Positions 34,028 to 44,038 of a DNA stretch of 63,098 nucleotides are shown one piece after another. The position numbers were made by a program, and so were the translations under genes. The notes beneath the pieces were generated by a model. The model did not search any database, was not told the origin of the DNA, and worked only from the letters and a program-made list of their open reading frames with translations. Within the stretch, counting starts at the first letter, position 1. Each line of letters opens with the position of its first letter. Origin of the DNA: Candidatus Parcubacteria bacterium (lineage in GTDB: Bacteria > Patescibacteriota > Minisyncoccia > UBA6257 > 2-01-FULL-56-20); the NCBI GenBank assembly GCA_041169145.1, contig JBEEJO010000001.1:1-63098 (forward strand), read 5' to 3'.

Positions 34028-34744
34028 CTATATATTTTGATTGGTGAAGAGCGTTACTTTTTTCATTTCCCGCATAACGCTGGCGGGGGTTTTCCATATT
34101 TCGATATCGCCCGTTGTGCTCCGTTTCAGGGCGCGTCGCTTCATCCAACCGATCGCATACGCCACGCCTTCATCCACGCCATTCTTGAGGAACGACACCG
34201 TCACCGTTGCCCGAAGAGGATGCGTGCTTTTCCCCGCCGCATCGTACCCCACGGCCCATTTCCCGTCTTCTTCAAATAATCCCTTGAATGCTTGTTCGTT
34301 CTCCTGAAATGGCATGATGCCGCAGGTGTGGCCGTCGGAACCGATGCCCATGGTCATCACGACCTTCCCTTGCGGATTCGCTTTCCGCCAATCGTTCAGC
34401 GCAACATTAAAACGCGTACCGAGTTGTGTAACAGTTTCTTTTTCCAGCGGCCGCGTATCGATGAACGCGCATCCGCGGTTGGTCGCGCTTCCGTAGAACG
34501 GCTTCGCGACCATCTGCGCAAAATTGTTCACGGCGGGATCGGTACTCAAACGCTCATCCGACATACCGATGGTAACGTGCGGTCCCAAGAACTCTGCGCG
34601 GATACCATCCAATAAGCCGAGGCTCGAACCGCCGGAAAGCAAAAAGAGCAGGGGCACGCCGAACTCGCGTTCAAGCATGCCATTCACCGCACGCACGGCC
34701 TCGTCGTGCACGCGCTCGGATTCCGGATAGATGAGGATCTCCAT
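34028..34744 (-). CDS. pgl: 6-phosphogluconolactonase
   Basis: LLFLLSGGSS and the SugarP-isomerase fold pattern. Sits in an operon with zwf and gnd. Confidence 0.7.
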   Translation of the reverse strand: MEILIYPESERVHDEAVRAVNGMLEREFGVPLLFLLSGGSSLGLLDGIRAEFLGPHVTIGMSDERLSTDPAVNNFAQMVAKPFYGSATNRGCAFIDTRPLEKETVTQLGTRFNVALNDWRKANPQGKVVMTMGIGSDGHTCGIMPFQENEQAFKGLFEEDGKWAVGYDAAGKSTHPLRATVTVSFLKNGVDEGVAYAIGWMKRRALKRSTTGDIEIWKTPASVMREMKKVTLFTNQNI

Positions 34745-34747
34745 AGC

Positions 34748-35650
34748 TTAATGCTTCTTTTTTACATTATGTCCGCCAAATTGATTCCGTAAAGCCGATA
34801 CTATCTGTCCGGTATAGCTCGGCTGTTTCGCCGAACGCATGCGGAACCTGAACGCACCTTCTATGATGGGCACGGGTATTTTCAGCTTCTTTGCGGTTTG
34901 TATGGTCCATTCCCCTTCTCCGGTATGGCCGGCCGTACCCGATATGCCTTTCAGGTTCTCGCCGTATTCGCCATAGGCCTTCGCAAGCCAGCGCACGAGC
35001 TGCGATTCCACGACACTGCCGTGATCGTACAGACGAGCTATCGCAGGAAGATCAAGCCTGTACGGTCCGCTATGGAGCACGGCAAATCCTTCGGCAAGCG
35101 CCTGCATCATGCCGTATTCGATGCCATTGTGGACCATCTTCACAAAATGACCGGCGCCGTGCTTGCCGGCGTATAAGTAATATCCTTCGCCCGCGGAGAT
35201 ATCGCGGAACAGCGGCTGCAATGTTCTCACATCGCGCTTTTCGCCGCCGATCATGACGCATGCGCCACGCAAAGCTCCTGCCGGACCGCCCGATATGCCG
35301 GCATCCAGAAATCGCACTCCCCGCGCGCCGAGCCGTTTCGCGCGTTGAAGCGTATCTTTATAGTGCGAATTTCCGCCGTCAATGACCACATCGCCTCGTT
35401 TTGCATACCGGAGAACATCGCGGAGCGCCGCATCCATTACCCCATGCGGCACCATGAGCCACATAACGCGCGGTAATGCCAGCGAGCTCATCAGCTCCTT
35501 CACGGAATCCGTGATGTGCGCGCCCGCCTTTCGCGCTTTCCCGCGCGCACGCGGGTCGATATCGTACGCTACGACACGGTGGCCCTTGCGCACAAGGCGC
35601 GTCACCATATTGAGTCCCATCTTTCCTAAACCGATATACCCGATGGTCAT
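34748..35650 (-). CDS. gnd: 6-phosphogluconate dehydrogenase (decarboxylating, short YqeC/GntZ-like form)
   Basis: IGYIGLGKMGLNMVTRL Rossmann motif, GHFVKMVHNGIEYGMMQ. Start moved to ATG 35650. Confidence 0.85.
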   Translation of the reverse strand: MTIGYIGLGKMGLNMVTRLVRKGHRVVAYDIDPRARGKARKAGAHITDSVKELMSSLALPRVMWLMVPHGVMDAALRDVLRYAKRGDVVIDGGNSHYKDTLQRAKRLGARGVRFLDAGISGGPAGALRGACVMIGGEKRDVRTLQPLFRDISAGEGYYLYAGKHGAGHFVKMVHNGIEYGMMQALAEGFAVLHSGPYRLDLPAIARLYDHGSVVESQLVRWLAKAYGEYGENLKGISGTAGHTGEGEWTIQTAKKLKIPVPIIEGAFRFRMRSAKQPSYTGQIVSALRNQFGGHNVKKKH

Positions 35651-35663
35651 GTCGTTCGTCGCA

Positions 35664-37121
35664 TTATGAGGGCAGCGTGCCCGGTTTGTATCGCTTGAGC
35701 GGCACTTTGTTCTTCCGCCATGCTTCAAAGATGGGATCAACGAATTTCCAACTCGCCTTTATTTCTCCGGTAGAAACGAAAAGGGTCTGATTGCCCTGGA
35801 TGGCGTCCAAAAGCAATTTTCGATAGGGATCCACATGGGGGTCCACGAACTCATCCGGGCTGTACAGAGCCTTATAGTCGAAGACGAAATCCTGCTTCTT
35901 GATCGTCATATCGGAACCCGGTTTTTTGACCCAGAATGAAATGGTTATTTTTTCGTCGGGCTGCATCTCGTAGCGCAGGGTATTGGCGCACCCTTCCTCG
36001 CTCATGCTTCGGCGGGCAGACGCGCCGTCACCCAGGATAGAACACAGCCCGTGCGGCGCTTCGCGGAACGTCACAAGCACTTCGGCGAACGTTCTCTCCA
36101 TCTTCTTGCCGCTTTCGAGCAGAATAGGCACGCCTCGCCAGCGCGGCGACCTCAAGAACGCATTCAGCCTGAAATAGGTTTCGGTCTCAGATCTCGGATC
36201 AACGCCTTTTGCTTCGGTGTAGCCGTCGTACTGCCCGCGAGTGGAATTCTTCGCTTCCTTTGCGGTCATCGGCTTCAACGCCCGCAGGGCGGCGAGCCGC
36301 GCACTGCGTACCGCATCGGCGGTCATGTTCTCCGGCTCGTCCATCGTGAACAGCGCCAGGAGCTGCAACAAGTGGTTTTGGCCGACATCGCGAAACGCGC
36401 CGATACCGTCATAGAACGCCCCGCGCGACTCAACGCCGTTCCGTTCGTGCATGCGAATAGCGATGGACGCTATATGTTTGCGATTCCAGGCCGGCTCCAA
36501 AAACGCGTTCGAGAACCGAAACGCGATGATATTCTGCACTGTTTCTTTGCCGAGATAATGGTCGATGCGATAGATCTGTTCTTCCCGGAACAGTTTACCG
36601 AGGAGGATATCCAAACGCTCCGCCGTCTCGGTGTTTTTGCCGAACGGTTTTTCCACCACAACGCGCGTCCAACCTTCCTCGGGACTGCACGGCTCCGTAA
36701 GACCCGAAGATTCCACATGTCGGAAGATGCTTTCGTAATGTTCCGGCGGTACGGCAAGATAGAACAGCTTATTGGAACAGACCCGCCATTCATTGTCCTT
36801 CCGGCCGAGGGATTCGGCGAGCGCTCGGTATCCCTCAATATGCTCGAACATCCCCTGCCGGTAGACGAACAGGCGCGCGAACGCGTCGACTGCAGACGCA
36901 TCGCTTCTCGCTTGGACCTTCATCATCTCTCGGACTTCGTCCCGCAGTTCCTCGTCGGACATTTCCCGGCGCGAAAATCCGACCACTTGGAACAGCGGCG
37001 GCAGAAGCTTCTTCCGATGCAGGTGGAACAAAGCGGGAACGAGCTTTCGACGTGCGAGATCGCCCGTGATGCCGAATATCACGAGGATCGTTGGATTGCT
37101 CGTCTTATATACTTCCTCCAT
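35664..37121 (-). CDS. zwf: glucose-6-phosphate 1-dehydrogenase
   Basis: VIFGITGDLARRKL, RIDHYLGKE, and the active-site region HLLQ. Confidence 0.92.
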   Translation of the reverse strand: MEEVYKTSNPTILVIFGITGDLARRKLVPALFHLHRKKLLPPLFQVVGFSRREMSDEELRDEVREMMKVQARSDASAVDAFARLFVYRQGMFEHIEGYRALAESLGRKDNEWRVCSNKLFYLAVPPEHYESIFRHVESSGLTEPCSPEEGWTRVVVEKPFGKNTETAERLDILLGKLFREEQIYRIDHYLGKETVQNIIAFRFSNAFLEPAWNRKHIASIAIRMHERNGVESRGAFYDGIGAFRDVGQNHLLQLLALFTMDEPENMTADAVRSARLAALRALKPMTAKEAKNSTRGQYDGYTEAKGVDPRSETETYFRLNAFLRSPRWRGVPILLESGKKMERTFAEVLVTFREAPHGLCSILGDGASARRSMSEEGCANTLRYEMQPDEKITISFWVKKPGSDMTIKKQDFVFDYKALYSPDEFVDPHVDPYRKLLLDAIQGNQTLFVSTGEIKASWKFVDPIFEAWRKNKVPLKRYKPGTLPS

Positions 37122-37165
37122 ACAGCGTCATCTCAGTATATATCAAAACCGGCTCCTGGCGAGTT

Positions 37166-38917
37166 CTATAGCTCGTCGCCCGCGGCGCTTTGTTCCTTCC
37201 ATAACGCCGCATACAGCCCCTGCCTCGCAAGAAGCGCCTTATGACCCCCTTCCTCAACGATGGTTCCTTTCGCCAAGACATAGATGCGATCGGCATGCGC
37301 GACAGTGGAAAGCCGATGCGCGACCGAAACCGACATGAGGTTCTGCCGCGATTTCGCAATAGAACGGATGGTCTCCGTGATGGCGCGTTCGGTCAAAGAA
37401 TCCAAACTGCTGGTCGCTTCGTCAAAGATGATGAGTTCGGGGTCCCGCAGTAACGCGCGTGCGATGGCAAGTCGCTGGCGTTCGCCGCCGGATATCTTGA
37501 TGCCGCCTTCGCCGATCTTCGTGTCCAATCCTTTTTCGCCCCGCTCGATAATGGAGAGTGCGGCGGCCTGTCCCAAAGCCGTCAGACATTCTTTGTCCGA
37601 TGCATTCGGACGCACGAACAATAAATTCTCGCGGATGGTCCCCGCGAACAGCTGAGTCTCTTGCGATACATACCCGATATGCGAACGGAACGTTTCGTAG
37701 TCTATGCGGTCGCCGGGAACGCCGTTCACGAGCACCTGTCCGGCGATCGGCCGATAGAGCCCGACCAGAAGCTTCACGAGCGTCGTTTTTCCCGAACCCG
37801 ATGGACCGACGAACGCGATGGACTCCCCCGCTTTCGCGCGAAGCGTAATATCCCGCACCGCCGGTTCTGATGATTCCGCATAAGAAAAATCGACTTTCGC
37901 GAACGCAACATCCGTGAGCCGACCGATATTCTCCGCATGCGCCGGCTTTGGTTCAGGACGCACGGCGAGCAGGCGCTCCACTTGTTCCATGCTGGCTCGA
38001 GCCTCCTGATATGATGTCGTGACTTGGCCGAACTCATACAGCGGATTGAAGATGGCGAACGAATAAAAGAGCAAACTGAAGAATTCACCGAGCGTAATGG
38101 CATTCGTGGACATCAGCCACAGCATAAGGAACATGATGGCGGTTCGGACCGTATTGATGGTCGTTCCCTGTATGAAGTTCAACAAACGGACGGTTTTCAC
38201 TTTTGCGAGCTCAAGACCGAGGATCTTCACGTTCACATCGTTCAGACGCTCGGATTCTTGCGCTTCCAAACCAAGACTTTTCACGAGCTCCACATTCCTC
38301 AGCGTTTCGGTGGTTGAACCCGCCAGCTCCGCGCTCTGCTTTACGATCTTCGCTTGGGCCGCTTTGATGCGACGGCTCGTCCATACCATGATGCCGCCGA
38401 CGATGGGAAACATGAGCATGAATGACAGCGCGATGGACCAATGCACGAATGCCGCATATACCAGCACGAGCCCGATGCCGAGCAGTGAAAGGAATGCGAT
38501 ATTGATGGCGTTCGTGACGAACACCTGCGTATCGGCCCGCGCTTTCTGGAGTTTTTGCAGGATCTCTCCCGACCGCTGATCCTCGAACACGCCGTACGGC
38601 AAGGAAAACGCGTGTGCGATGCTTTCTCCGTAGATGCCCGCGCCGATGCGCTGGGTCATGACATTCACGAAATAGTCCTGGAAATTCTTCGCGATGCGGG
38701 ATGCGAGCGCAACGCCCATGGAAGCAAGGAGGAGTACCAATACGCCGGAGATAAATTCACCCTGCGGCAGAACATCCACATGCATGGCATACTGGTCAAC
38801 GATCAGGCGAAATATCTGCGGATCCATCAGCGAAAAGACCTGATTCACGGTCGCCAAGACGAGCGCGAGCACAAGCGTTCTTCGATGAAGCGAGAGGTAA
38901 CGAAATAGAAGTTGCAT
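37166..38917 (-). CDS. ABC transporter permease/ATP-binding fusion (MsbA/exporter type)
   Basis: Six N-terminal TM helices, GPSGSGKTT, LSGGERQRLAIARALL, IIFDEATS. Confidence 0.88.
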   Translation of the reverse strand: MQLLFRYLSLHRRTLVLALVLATVNQVFSLMDPQIFRLIVDQYAMHVDVLPQGEFISGVLVLLLASMGVALASRIAKNFQDYFVNVMTQRIGAGIYGESIAHAFSLPYGVFEDQRSGEILQKLQKARADTQVFVTNAINIAFLSLLGIGLVLVYAAFVHWSIALSFMLMFPIVGGIMVWTSRRIKAAQAKIVKQSAELAGSTTETLRNVELVKSLGLEAQESERLNDVNVKILGLELAKVKTVRLLNFIQGTTINTVRTAIMFLMLWLMSTNAITLGEFFSLLFYSFAIFNPLYEFGQVTTSYQEARASMEQVERLLAVRPEPKPAHAENIGRLTDVAFAKVDFSYAESSEPAVRDITLRAKAGESIAFVGPSGSGKTTLVKLLVGLYRPIAGQVLVNGVPGDRIDYETFRSHIGYVSQETQLFAGTIRENLLFVRPNASDKECLTALGQAAALSIIERGEKGLDTKIGEGGIKISGGERQRLAIARALLRDPELIIFDEATSSLDSLTERAITETIRSIAKSRQNLMSVSVAHRLSTVAHADRIYVLAKGTIVEEGGHKALLARQGLYAALWKEQSAAGDEL

Positions 38918-38981
38918 GGGAATACGGAATGCAAAACGAACGAACTCGACGGCGTGGAACTGCACGGTCCCGGATATTTAT

Positions 38982-39383
38982 TTAAATCGCCAAACTTTGC
39001 GCCGCCTCCGCCTCGGTCTTATTCGCGTGAATGGTGCCGGGCTTATGGTGGGGCGGAGCGTACACGACATAGAGCTTCAGATCGGTCTTTCCGGTGTTGC
39101 CGAAGTTGTGGACCGCTCCGGCAGGAATGAACACGAGGTGCTCCGCCGTGATCGATTCTCGTTCGCCGCTCACCGTAGCGTACCCTTCGCCTTCCACAAC
39201 GACGACGATCTGGTCTGTCGCGTGCACCGATTCGCCGGCGTCCTCGCCGGGCGACAAGCTCATCACCACGACCTGCATATGAGATCCCGTTATGATCGCC
39301 TGGCGGAAGAACGAGTTCACTTTTGCGAGCGCGCTGATATTTTTATTGAAGATCATATGTGTAGGGCCCCCGAATGCATGCAT
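38982..39383 (-). CDS. cupin domain protein
   Basis: GESVHATDQIVVVVEGEG...FIPAGAVHNFGNTG two-motif cupin signature. Confidence 0.7.
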   Translation of the reverse strand: MHAFGGPTHMIFNKNISALAKVNSFFRQAIITGSHMQVVVMSLSPGEDAGESVHATDQIVVVVEGEGYATVSGERESITAEHLVFIPAGAVHNFGNTGKTDLKLYVVYAPPHHKPGTIHANKTEAEAAQSLAI

Positions 39384-39385
39384 TG

Positions 39386-40486
39386 TTATCCGTGACTCGC
39401 GCGTATTCGTTTTTCGGGACCGCCATCAGGATAGCGCACCCGGACGATTCTTGCCACATCGTCCGCTGAGGACGCTTCCATAAGTTCCGTGCGCAACTCC
39501 TTTGCGCCCGGAAAGCCGGAAACATAGGCCACATAATGTTTTTTCATCACGTCAAAGTTCTTCACCGGCCGCGGACCGGAGCGGAATAGCTCATCGAACA
39601 ACCTCGTATGCTCCAGCATGACACGGAGCTTTTCGGCTACATCCGGAGGTCCGCTCCGTGTACGGTCGAAAAACCACGGGTTGCCGAAAATACCCCTGCC
39701 AACCATCGTTCCGTCAGCGCCCGACGCCTGCGCACGTTCCTCGGCGTCCCGCATACTTGCCGCGTCGCCGTTCCCGATCAACAACGGACGTTCGTCCGGC
39801 GTTGCCGCATACGCGCGCTCAACAACGGCAACCGCTTTCGAAACCTCGTCCCAACGCGCCGGTACCTTGGACATTTCGTTTCGCGTCCTCGCGTGGACGA
39901 TCACCGCTGCCGGCTCGGCCTCTAAAAGACGCGGAAGCCATTGCGCAATGTCGTTCGTGCGGTACCCCGTGCGCGTTTTGATCGATACCGGCAGTCCGCC
40001 GGCGCCTTCGCGCGCGGCGCGGATAAGCGCCGCGGCGCGGACGGGATCTTTCATGAGCGCCGCTCCGGCGCCCTGTTTTTCCACGGCGCGATCGGGACAA
40101 CCCATATTGATATCCACGCCGTCAAAACCGAGCTTGCGCACGATCTCCGCCGCACGCTTCATCTGTTCGGGCTCTGCGGTAAAGAGCTGGGCCACAACGG
40201 GCCGCTCCGCCTCCGTGAACCACAGATCCGGCAGTAGCCGTTCGCGCCCCGCAGAGAGAAGACCGTCGGCCGAGACGAATTCGGTCCAGAATACATCCGG
40301 CCCGCCGACGCGAAATGTTCCGGCCGGGATATTGGCCTTCGCGCCATCCCCGATGTCGCGGCCTCCATATCGCGAATACTTCACGATGATCCGGCGGAAT
40401 GCGGCATCGGTGACGTTCGCCATTGGCGCGAGCACCACGCATGGCCGCCCGAGGCGCCGCACGTCGTCCCAAAATCCTTTCTGCAT
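39386..40486 (-). CDS. dus: tRNA-dihydrouridine synthase
   Basis: VLAPMANVTDAAFRR, DINMGCP, HARTR. Confidence 0.88.
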   Translation of the reverse strand: MQKGFWDDVRRLGRPCVVLAPMANVTDAAFRRIIVKYSRYGGRDIGDGAKANIPAGTFRVGGPDVFWTEFVSADGLLSAGRERLLPDLWFTEAERPVVAQLFTAEPEQMKRAAEIVRKLGFDGVDINMGCPDRAVEKQGAGAALMKDPVRAAALIRAAREGAGGLPVSIKTRTGYRTNDIAQWLPRLLEAEPAAVIVHARTRNEMSKVPARWDEVSKAVAVVERAYAATPDERPLLIGNGDAASMRDAEERAQASGADGTMVGRGIFGNPWFFDRTRSGPPDVAEKLRVMLEHTRLFDELFRSGPRPVKNFDVMKKHYVAYVSGFPGAKELRTELMEASSADDVARIVRVRYPDGGPEKRIRASHG

Positions 40487-40532
40487 ATGGGACAGGATAG
40501 CCGAAGCCGGACCGAGACGCTACTTCTTCCCG

Positions 40533-41537
40533 CTACGGAACGAGATTGAACATCTCCTTCTTCAGATATCCCTTCACATTCGCGATGGTCGTATGCAGTA
40601 TCCTCTGAAGCGCTTCCACCGAGTTGAACGCCAGGTGCGGCGTGACCAGAACGTTCGGCATTTTCATCAGAATGTGATTTCGCAAGATATTTTCCAGCGA
40701 TTCGGAATTCGGATGGCCGCTCGCCAGGATGTGCAGCTCCTCTTTCGTTTCTCCTTCCTCTTCCAGAACGTCGAGCGCCGCGCCGGCAAGGAATCCTTCC
40801 TGAAGCGCCCAGACCAGCGCCTCGGTCGCGACGATGCCCCCGCGAGCCGTATTAATAAGATACGAACCTCGGCGCAGCTGGCTGATGTTCTGCATGTTGA
40901 TGAGATGCTTCGTCTCCAGCGTGAGCGGACAATGGATCGTAATGATATCGGACATCCGCAATACCTCTTCCAACGTGTGGTACTCGAATCCGACATCCTT
41001 TGAGAACTGAACATCGGGCTTCAGATCGTACGCGACGATGCGCATACCGAATCCCTGCGCTATGCGCAAGGTGTGCCGGCCGATGCGGCCCGTGCCGATG
41101 ACACCGATCGTGCGGCCCAACAGGTCAACGCCGCGAAGCCCTTCGAGCGAGAACGAGCCGTGTTCTTTCACGTGTTCCGCGCCGAGATAGATCTTGCGCG
41201 TGAGCGCGAGAAGCAGGCCGAAGGTGAATTCCGCAACGGTGCTGTCGCCATATCCCGGAACGAACGAAACAACGATGCCGCGCGCTTTGCAGGCGGCGAT
41301 ATCGATATGGTCATATCCCGTTGACCGCGCCGCGATGAACTTCAGATTCGGGAATTTTGCTATAACGTCCGCCGTGATCTGGGATTCCACGAACACGGAT
41401 ATGGCCTCAAAGCCGGTGTCGGACGGAATCTCCTCCGGCGTCAATCTGTTGCGCGAGAGATATACCTCGTGCGTCGGAAACTCTTTGAGAATGAGGTGGT
41501 TTTCCCATCCCTCCAATTCAAAGAATGCAATGCGCAT
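40533..41537 (-). CDS. D-isomer-specific 2-hydroxyacid dehydrogenase (D-lactate/glycerate dehydrogenase-like)
   Basis: GVIGTGRIGRHT NAD site, NTARGG, and the PHLAF catalytic His region. Confidence 0.85.
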   Translation of the reverse strand: MRIAFFELEGWENHLILKEFPTHEVYLSRNRLTPEEIPSDTGFEAISVFVESQITADVIAKFPNLKFIAARSTGYDHIDIAACKARGIVVSFVPGYGDSTVAEFTFGLLLALTRKIYLGAEHVKEHGSFSLEGLRGVDLLGRTIGVIGTGRIGRHTLRIAQGFGMRIVAYDLKPDVQFSKDVGFEYHTLEEVLRMSDIITIHCPLTLETKHLINMQNISQLRRGSYLINTARGGIVATEALVWALQEGFLAGAALDVLEEEGETKEELHILASGHPNSESLENILRNHILMKMPNVLVTPHLAFNSVEALQRILHTTIANVKGYLKKEMFNLVP

Positions 41538-41558
41538 GCTCCTTGCGTATCGTAATTA

Positions 41559-43976
41559 CTATGCCGCGACCTTCCGCTCTTCCTCCGCTATTGCAGCGAG
41601 CGTCTTGATGACAGTATCGGGATTCAGCGAGATGCTCTGAATACCGTGCTGCACGAGAAATCGCGCAAAGTCGGGATAGTCCGATGGCGCCTGTCCGCAA
41701 ATGCCGATGTATTTTCCTTTCTCGCGGCAATTATGGATGATCTCGGCAATGAGCTTCTTTACCGCAGGATCGTTCTCGTTCGCGATCGTGTTCACAATAC
41801 CGGAATCGCGGTCCAAGCCGAGCGTAAGCTGGCTCAGGTCGTTGGAGCCGATCGACATGCCATCGAAGATCGCAAGGAAGTCATCGGCGCGCAAGATGTT
41901 GGACGGTATCTCGCACATGACATAGACCTTGAGCGATCCGTCCTTTCCGCGGTCCAGGCCGTTCTGGGCCATGATATCCACGACCTGCTTCCCCTCTTCG
42001 GGCGTGCGGCAGAACGGTATCATCGGCACCACATTCACCAGCCCCATTTCTTCGCGGACCTTCTTCAATCCTTTGCACTCCAAGCCGAACGCTTCCTTAA
42101 AATCGGGGTGGTAATAGCGCGATGCGCCGCGCCAGCCGATCATCGGATTCTCTTCCTCCGGTTCGTAGAGCTCGCCGCCGACCAATTTCCGATACTCGTT
42201 CGTTTTGAAATCCGAAAAGCGGATAATAACTTCGTTCGGATAGAATGCCGCGCCGATACGCGCGATCCCTTCCGCAAGCCGGTCAACATAATATTGCGAT
42301 TTATCCGCATACCCGGCCGTCATTTCGTCAACGCTTTTTACGGTCTCTTTGGCTTCGCGGCGCGCGTCGCGCTTCAGTTCTTCGTAATGGATGAGTGCGT
42401 TCGGATGGATGCGGATGTGCGATGCGATGATGAATTCCAGCCGTCCCAAGCCGACGCCTTTGACCGGCAGGATGTGGTTCTTGAACGCTTCGTCGGGCGA
42501 ACCGACATTCACCATGATCTTCGTACGCGTCTCGGGCATGGAATCCAGGCGGTGTTCTTTCGCTTCGAACTCCAAGATGCCGGCGAACACGACGCCCGAC
42601 ATTCCCGAAGAACAATCGATGGTCACCGGTTCGCCGTTCTTCAGTACCGTCGTCGCATTTCCGCTGCCGACGATGCACGGGATGCCGAGTTCGCGCGACA
42701 CGATCGCCGCATGGCTCGTCCGGCCGCCCTTATCCGTCACGATGGCGGATGCGATCTTCATAATGGGCTCCCAATCGGGGTCCGTTATCTCCGTGACAAG
42801 AACTTCGCCTTGCTTGAACTCGCCGATATGCTTCGCGTCGCGGATCACACGCACATTTCCTGCGCCGATCTTCGTTCCTACGGCCGTACCCGTCACCCGA
42901 ACCGCGCCCTTGCTCTTCAAGACATACTCGCGATAGATATTCTTGTCCGCCGACGAATGGATGGTTTCTGGGCGCGCCTGCACAATGAAAAGTTCGTTCG
43001 TCTTTCCGTCTTTCGCCCACTCAATATCCATCGGCTGATGGTGGCCGTGTTTATTGGAAAAATAATCTTCTATCTGCGCGCCCCATTTCGCGAGCCGCAG
43101 AGCCTCATCGTCGGATATGCAGAACGTACCGCGATCGTCCGGCAGAACATTCACTTCAACAATGCCCGAGCGCCCATAAATGATCTTTCGTTTTTTATCG
43201 CCCAGCTTCCGTTCGATGATCGCCGGAAATCCTTTTGCGAGCGCAGGTTTAAAGATCATATATTCGTCCGGCGTCACTTTCCCTTGCACGATCATCTCGC
43301 CGAGGCCATAAGAGCCATTAATGATGATGACGTTGGGGAATCCGGTTTCGGTATCCAATGTGAACATGACGCCCGATGAAGCAAGGTCTGAGCGCACCAT
43401 TTTTTGGACGCCGACCGAGAGTGCCGCATCAAAATGCGAGAATCCTTTGTCTACGCGGTATGAAATAGCGCGATCGGTAAAGAGCGATGCCACGCATTTT
43501 CGTACCGATAGGAGCAGATCGGGCAAACCGCGGACGTTCAAATAGGTCTCCTGCTGGCCCGCGAACGAAGCGCCGGGCAGATCTTCGGCCGTCGCCGACG
43601 AACGCACCGCGACGTCGGTTCCCGTGCCATACATCCGTTCCAATTCGGCATACGCTTCACCCACAAATTGCGCGAGGTCTGCCGGCAATTCCGAGCGAAG
43701 AATAAGTTCACGCACCGCTTTCCCGCGTCGCTGGAGATCTTTCATATTGCCGGTGTCCAATCCCTCAAGCGCCGCCTTGATCTTTTCCGGAAGTCCGACA
43801 GACGACAGAAAATGCCGGTAGGCGTCTGCGGTTATCGCAAAGCCATTCGGCACATTCACGCCAAGCGGTACGAGATTCGCACACATTTCCCCGAGCGCGG
43901 CATTCTTCCCACCGACCCGCGGGACATCTTCTATCCGCAGATCTTTAAACCACGCAATGTATTGATTCGTTTCCAT
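41559..43976 (-). CDS. ppsA: phosphoenolpyruvate synthase (pyruvate, water dikinase)
   Basis: VGGKNAALGEM, phospho-His loop GGRTSHAAIVSRELGIP, and a C-terminal PEP-utilising TIM barrel (GIGSNDLSQ). Confidence 0.93.
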   Translation of the reverse strand: METNQYIAWFKDLRIEDVPRVGGKNAALGEMCANLVPLGVNVPNGFAITADAYRHFLSSVGLPEKIKAALEGLDTGNMKDLQRRGKAVRELILRSELPADLAQFVGEAYAELERMYGTGTDVAVRSSATAEDLPGASFAGQQETYLNVRGLPDLLLSVRKCVASLFTDRAISYRVDKGFSHFDAALSVGVQKMVRSDLASSGVMFTLDTETGFPNVIIINGSYGLGEMIVQGKVTPDEYMIFKPALAKGFPAIIERKLGDKKRKIIYGRSGIVEVNVLPDDRGTFCISDDEALRLAKWGAQIEDYFSNKHGHHQPMDIEWAKDGKTNELFIVQARPETIHSSADKNIYREYVLKSKGAVRVTGTAVGTKIGAGNVRVIRDAKHIGEFKQGEVLVTEITDPDWEPIMKIASAIVTDKGGRTSHAAIVSRELGIPCIVGSGNATTVLKNGEPVTIDCSSGMSGVVFAGILEFEAKEHRLDSMPETRTKIMVNVGSPDEAFKNHILPVKGVGLGRLEFIIASHIRIHPNALIHYEELKRDARREAKETVKSVDEMTAGYADKSQYYVDRLAEGIARIGAAFYPNEVIIRFSDFKTNEYRKLVGGELYEPEEENPMIGWRGASRYYHPDFKEAFGLECKGLKKVREEMGLVNVVPMIPFCRTPEEGKQVVDIMAQNGLDRGKDGSLKVYVMCEIPSNILRADDFLAIFDGMSIGSNDLSQLTLGLDRDSGIVNTIANENDPAVKKLIAEIIHNCREKGKYIGICGQAPSDYPDFARFLVQHGIQSISLNPDTVIKTLAAIAEEERKVAA

Positions 43977-44038
43977 GTTGTTATCAAAAGGTTATTTCCC
44001 TGATTATGACCGTGCGACAATCACCTCCCCGCGATGCA

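Noticed and set aside
36051-37244. Long plus-strand ORFs of 280-580 aa. They lie opposite zwf (36051-37244), dus and the dehydrogenase (39618-41003), ppsA (41646-43379), ccdA/copA (50936-52612), smc (56605-58329), aspS (23401-24351) and others.
   Set aside because: Each lies antisense to a gene with unmistakable conserved motifs. Their translations are Arg/Ala/Pro-rich low-complexity strings with no motifs. These are typical shadow ORFs in GC-rich coding DNA.
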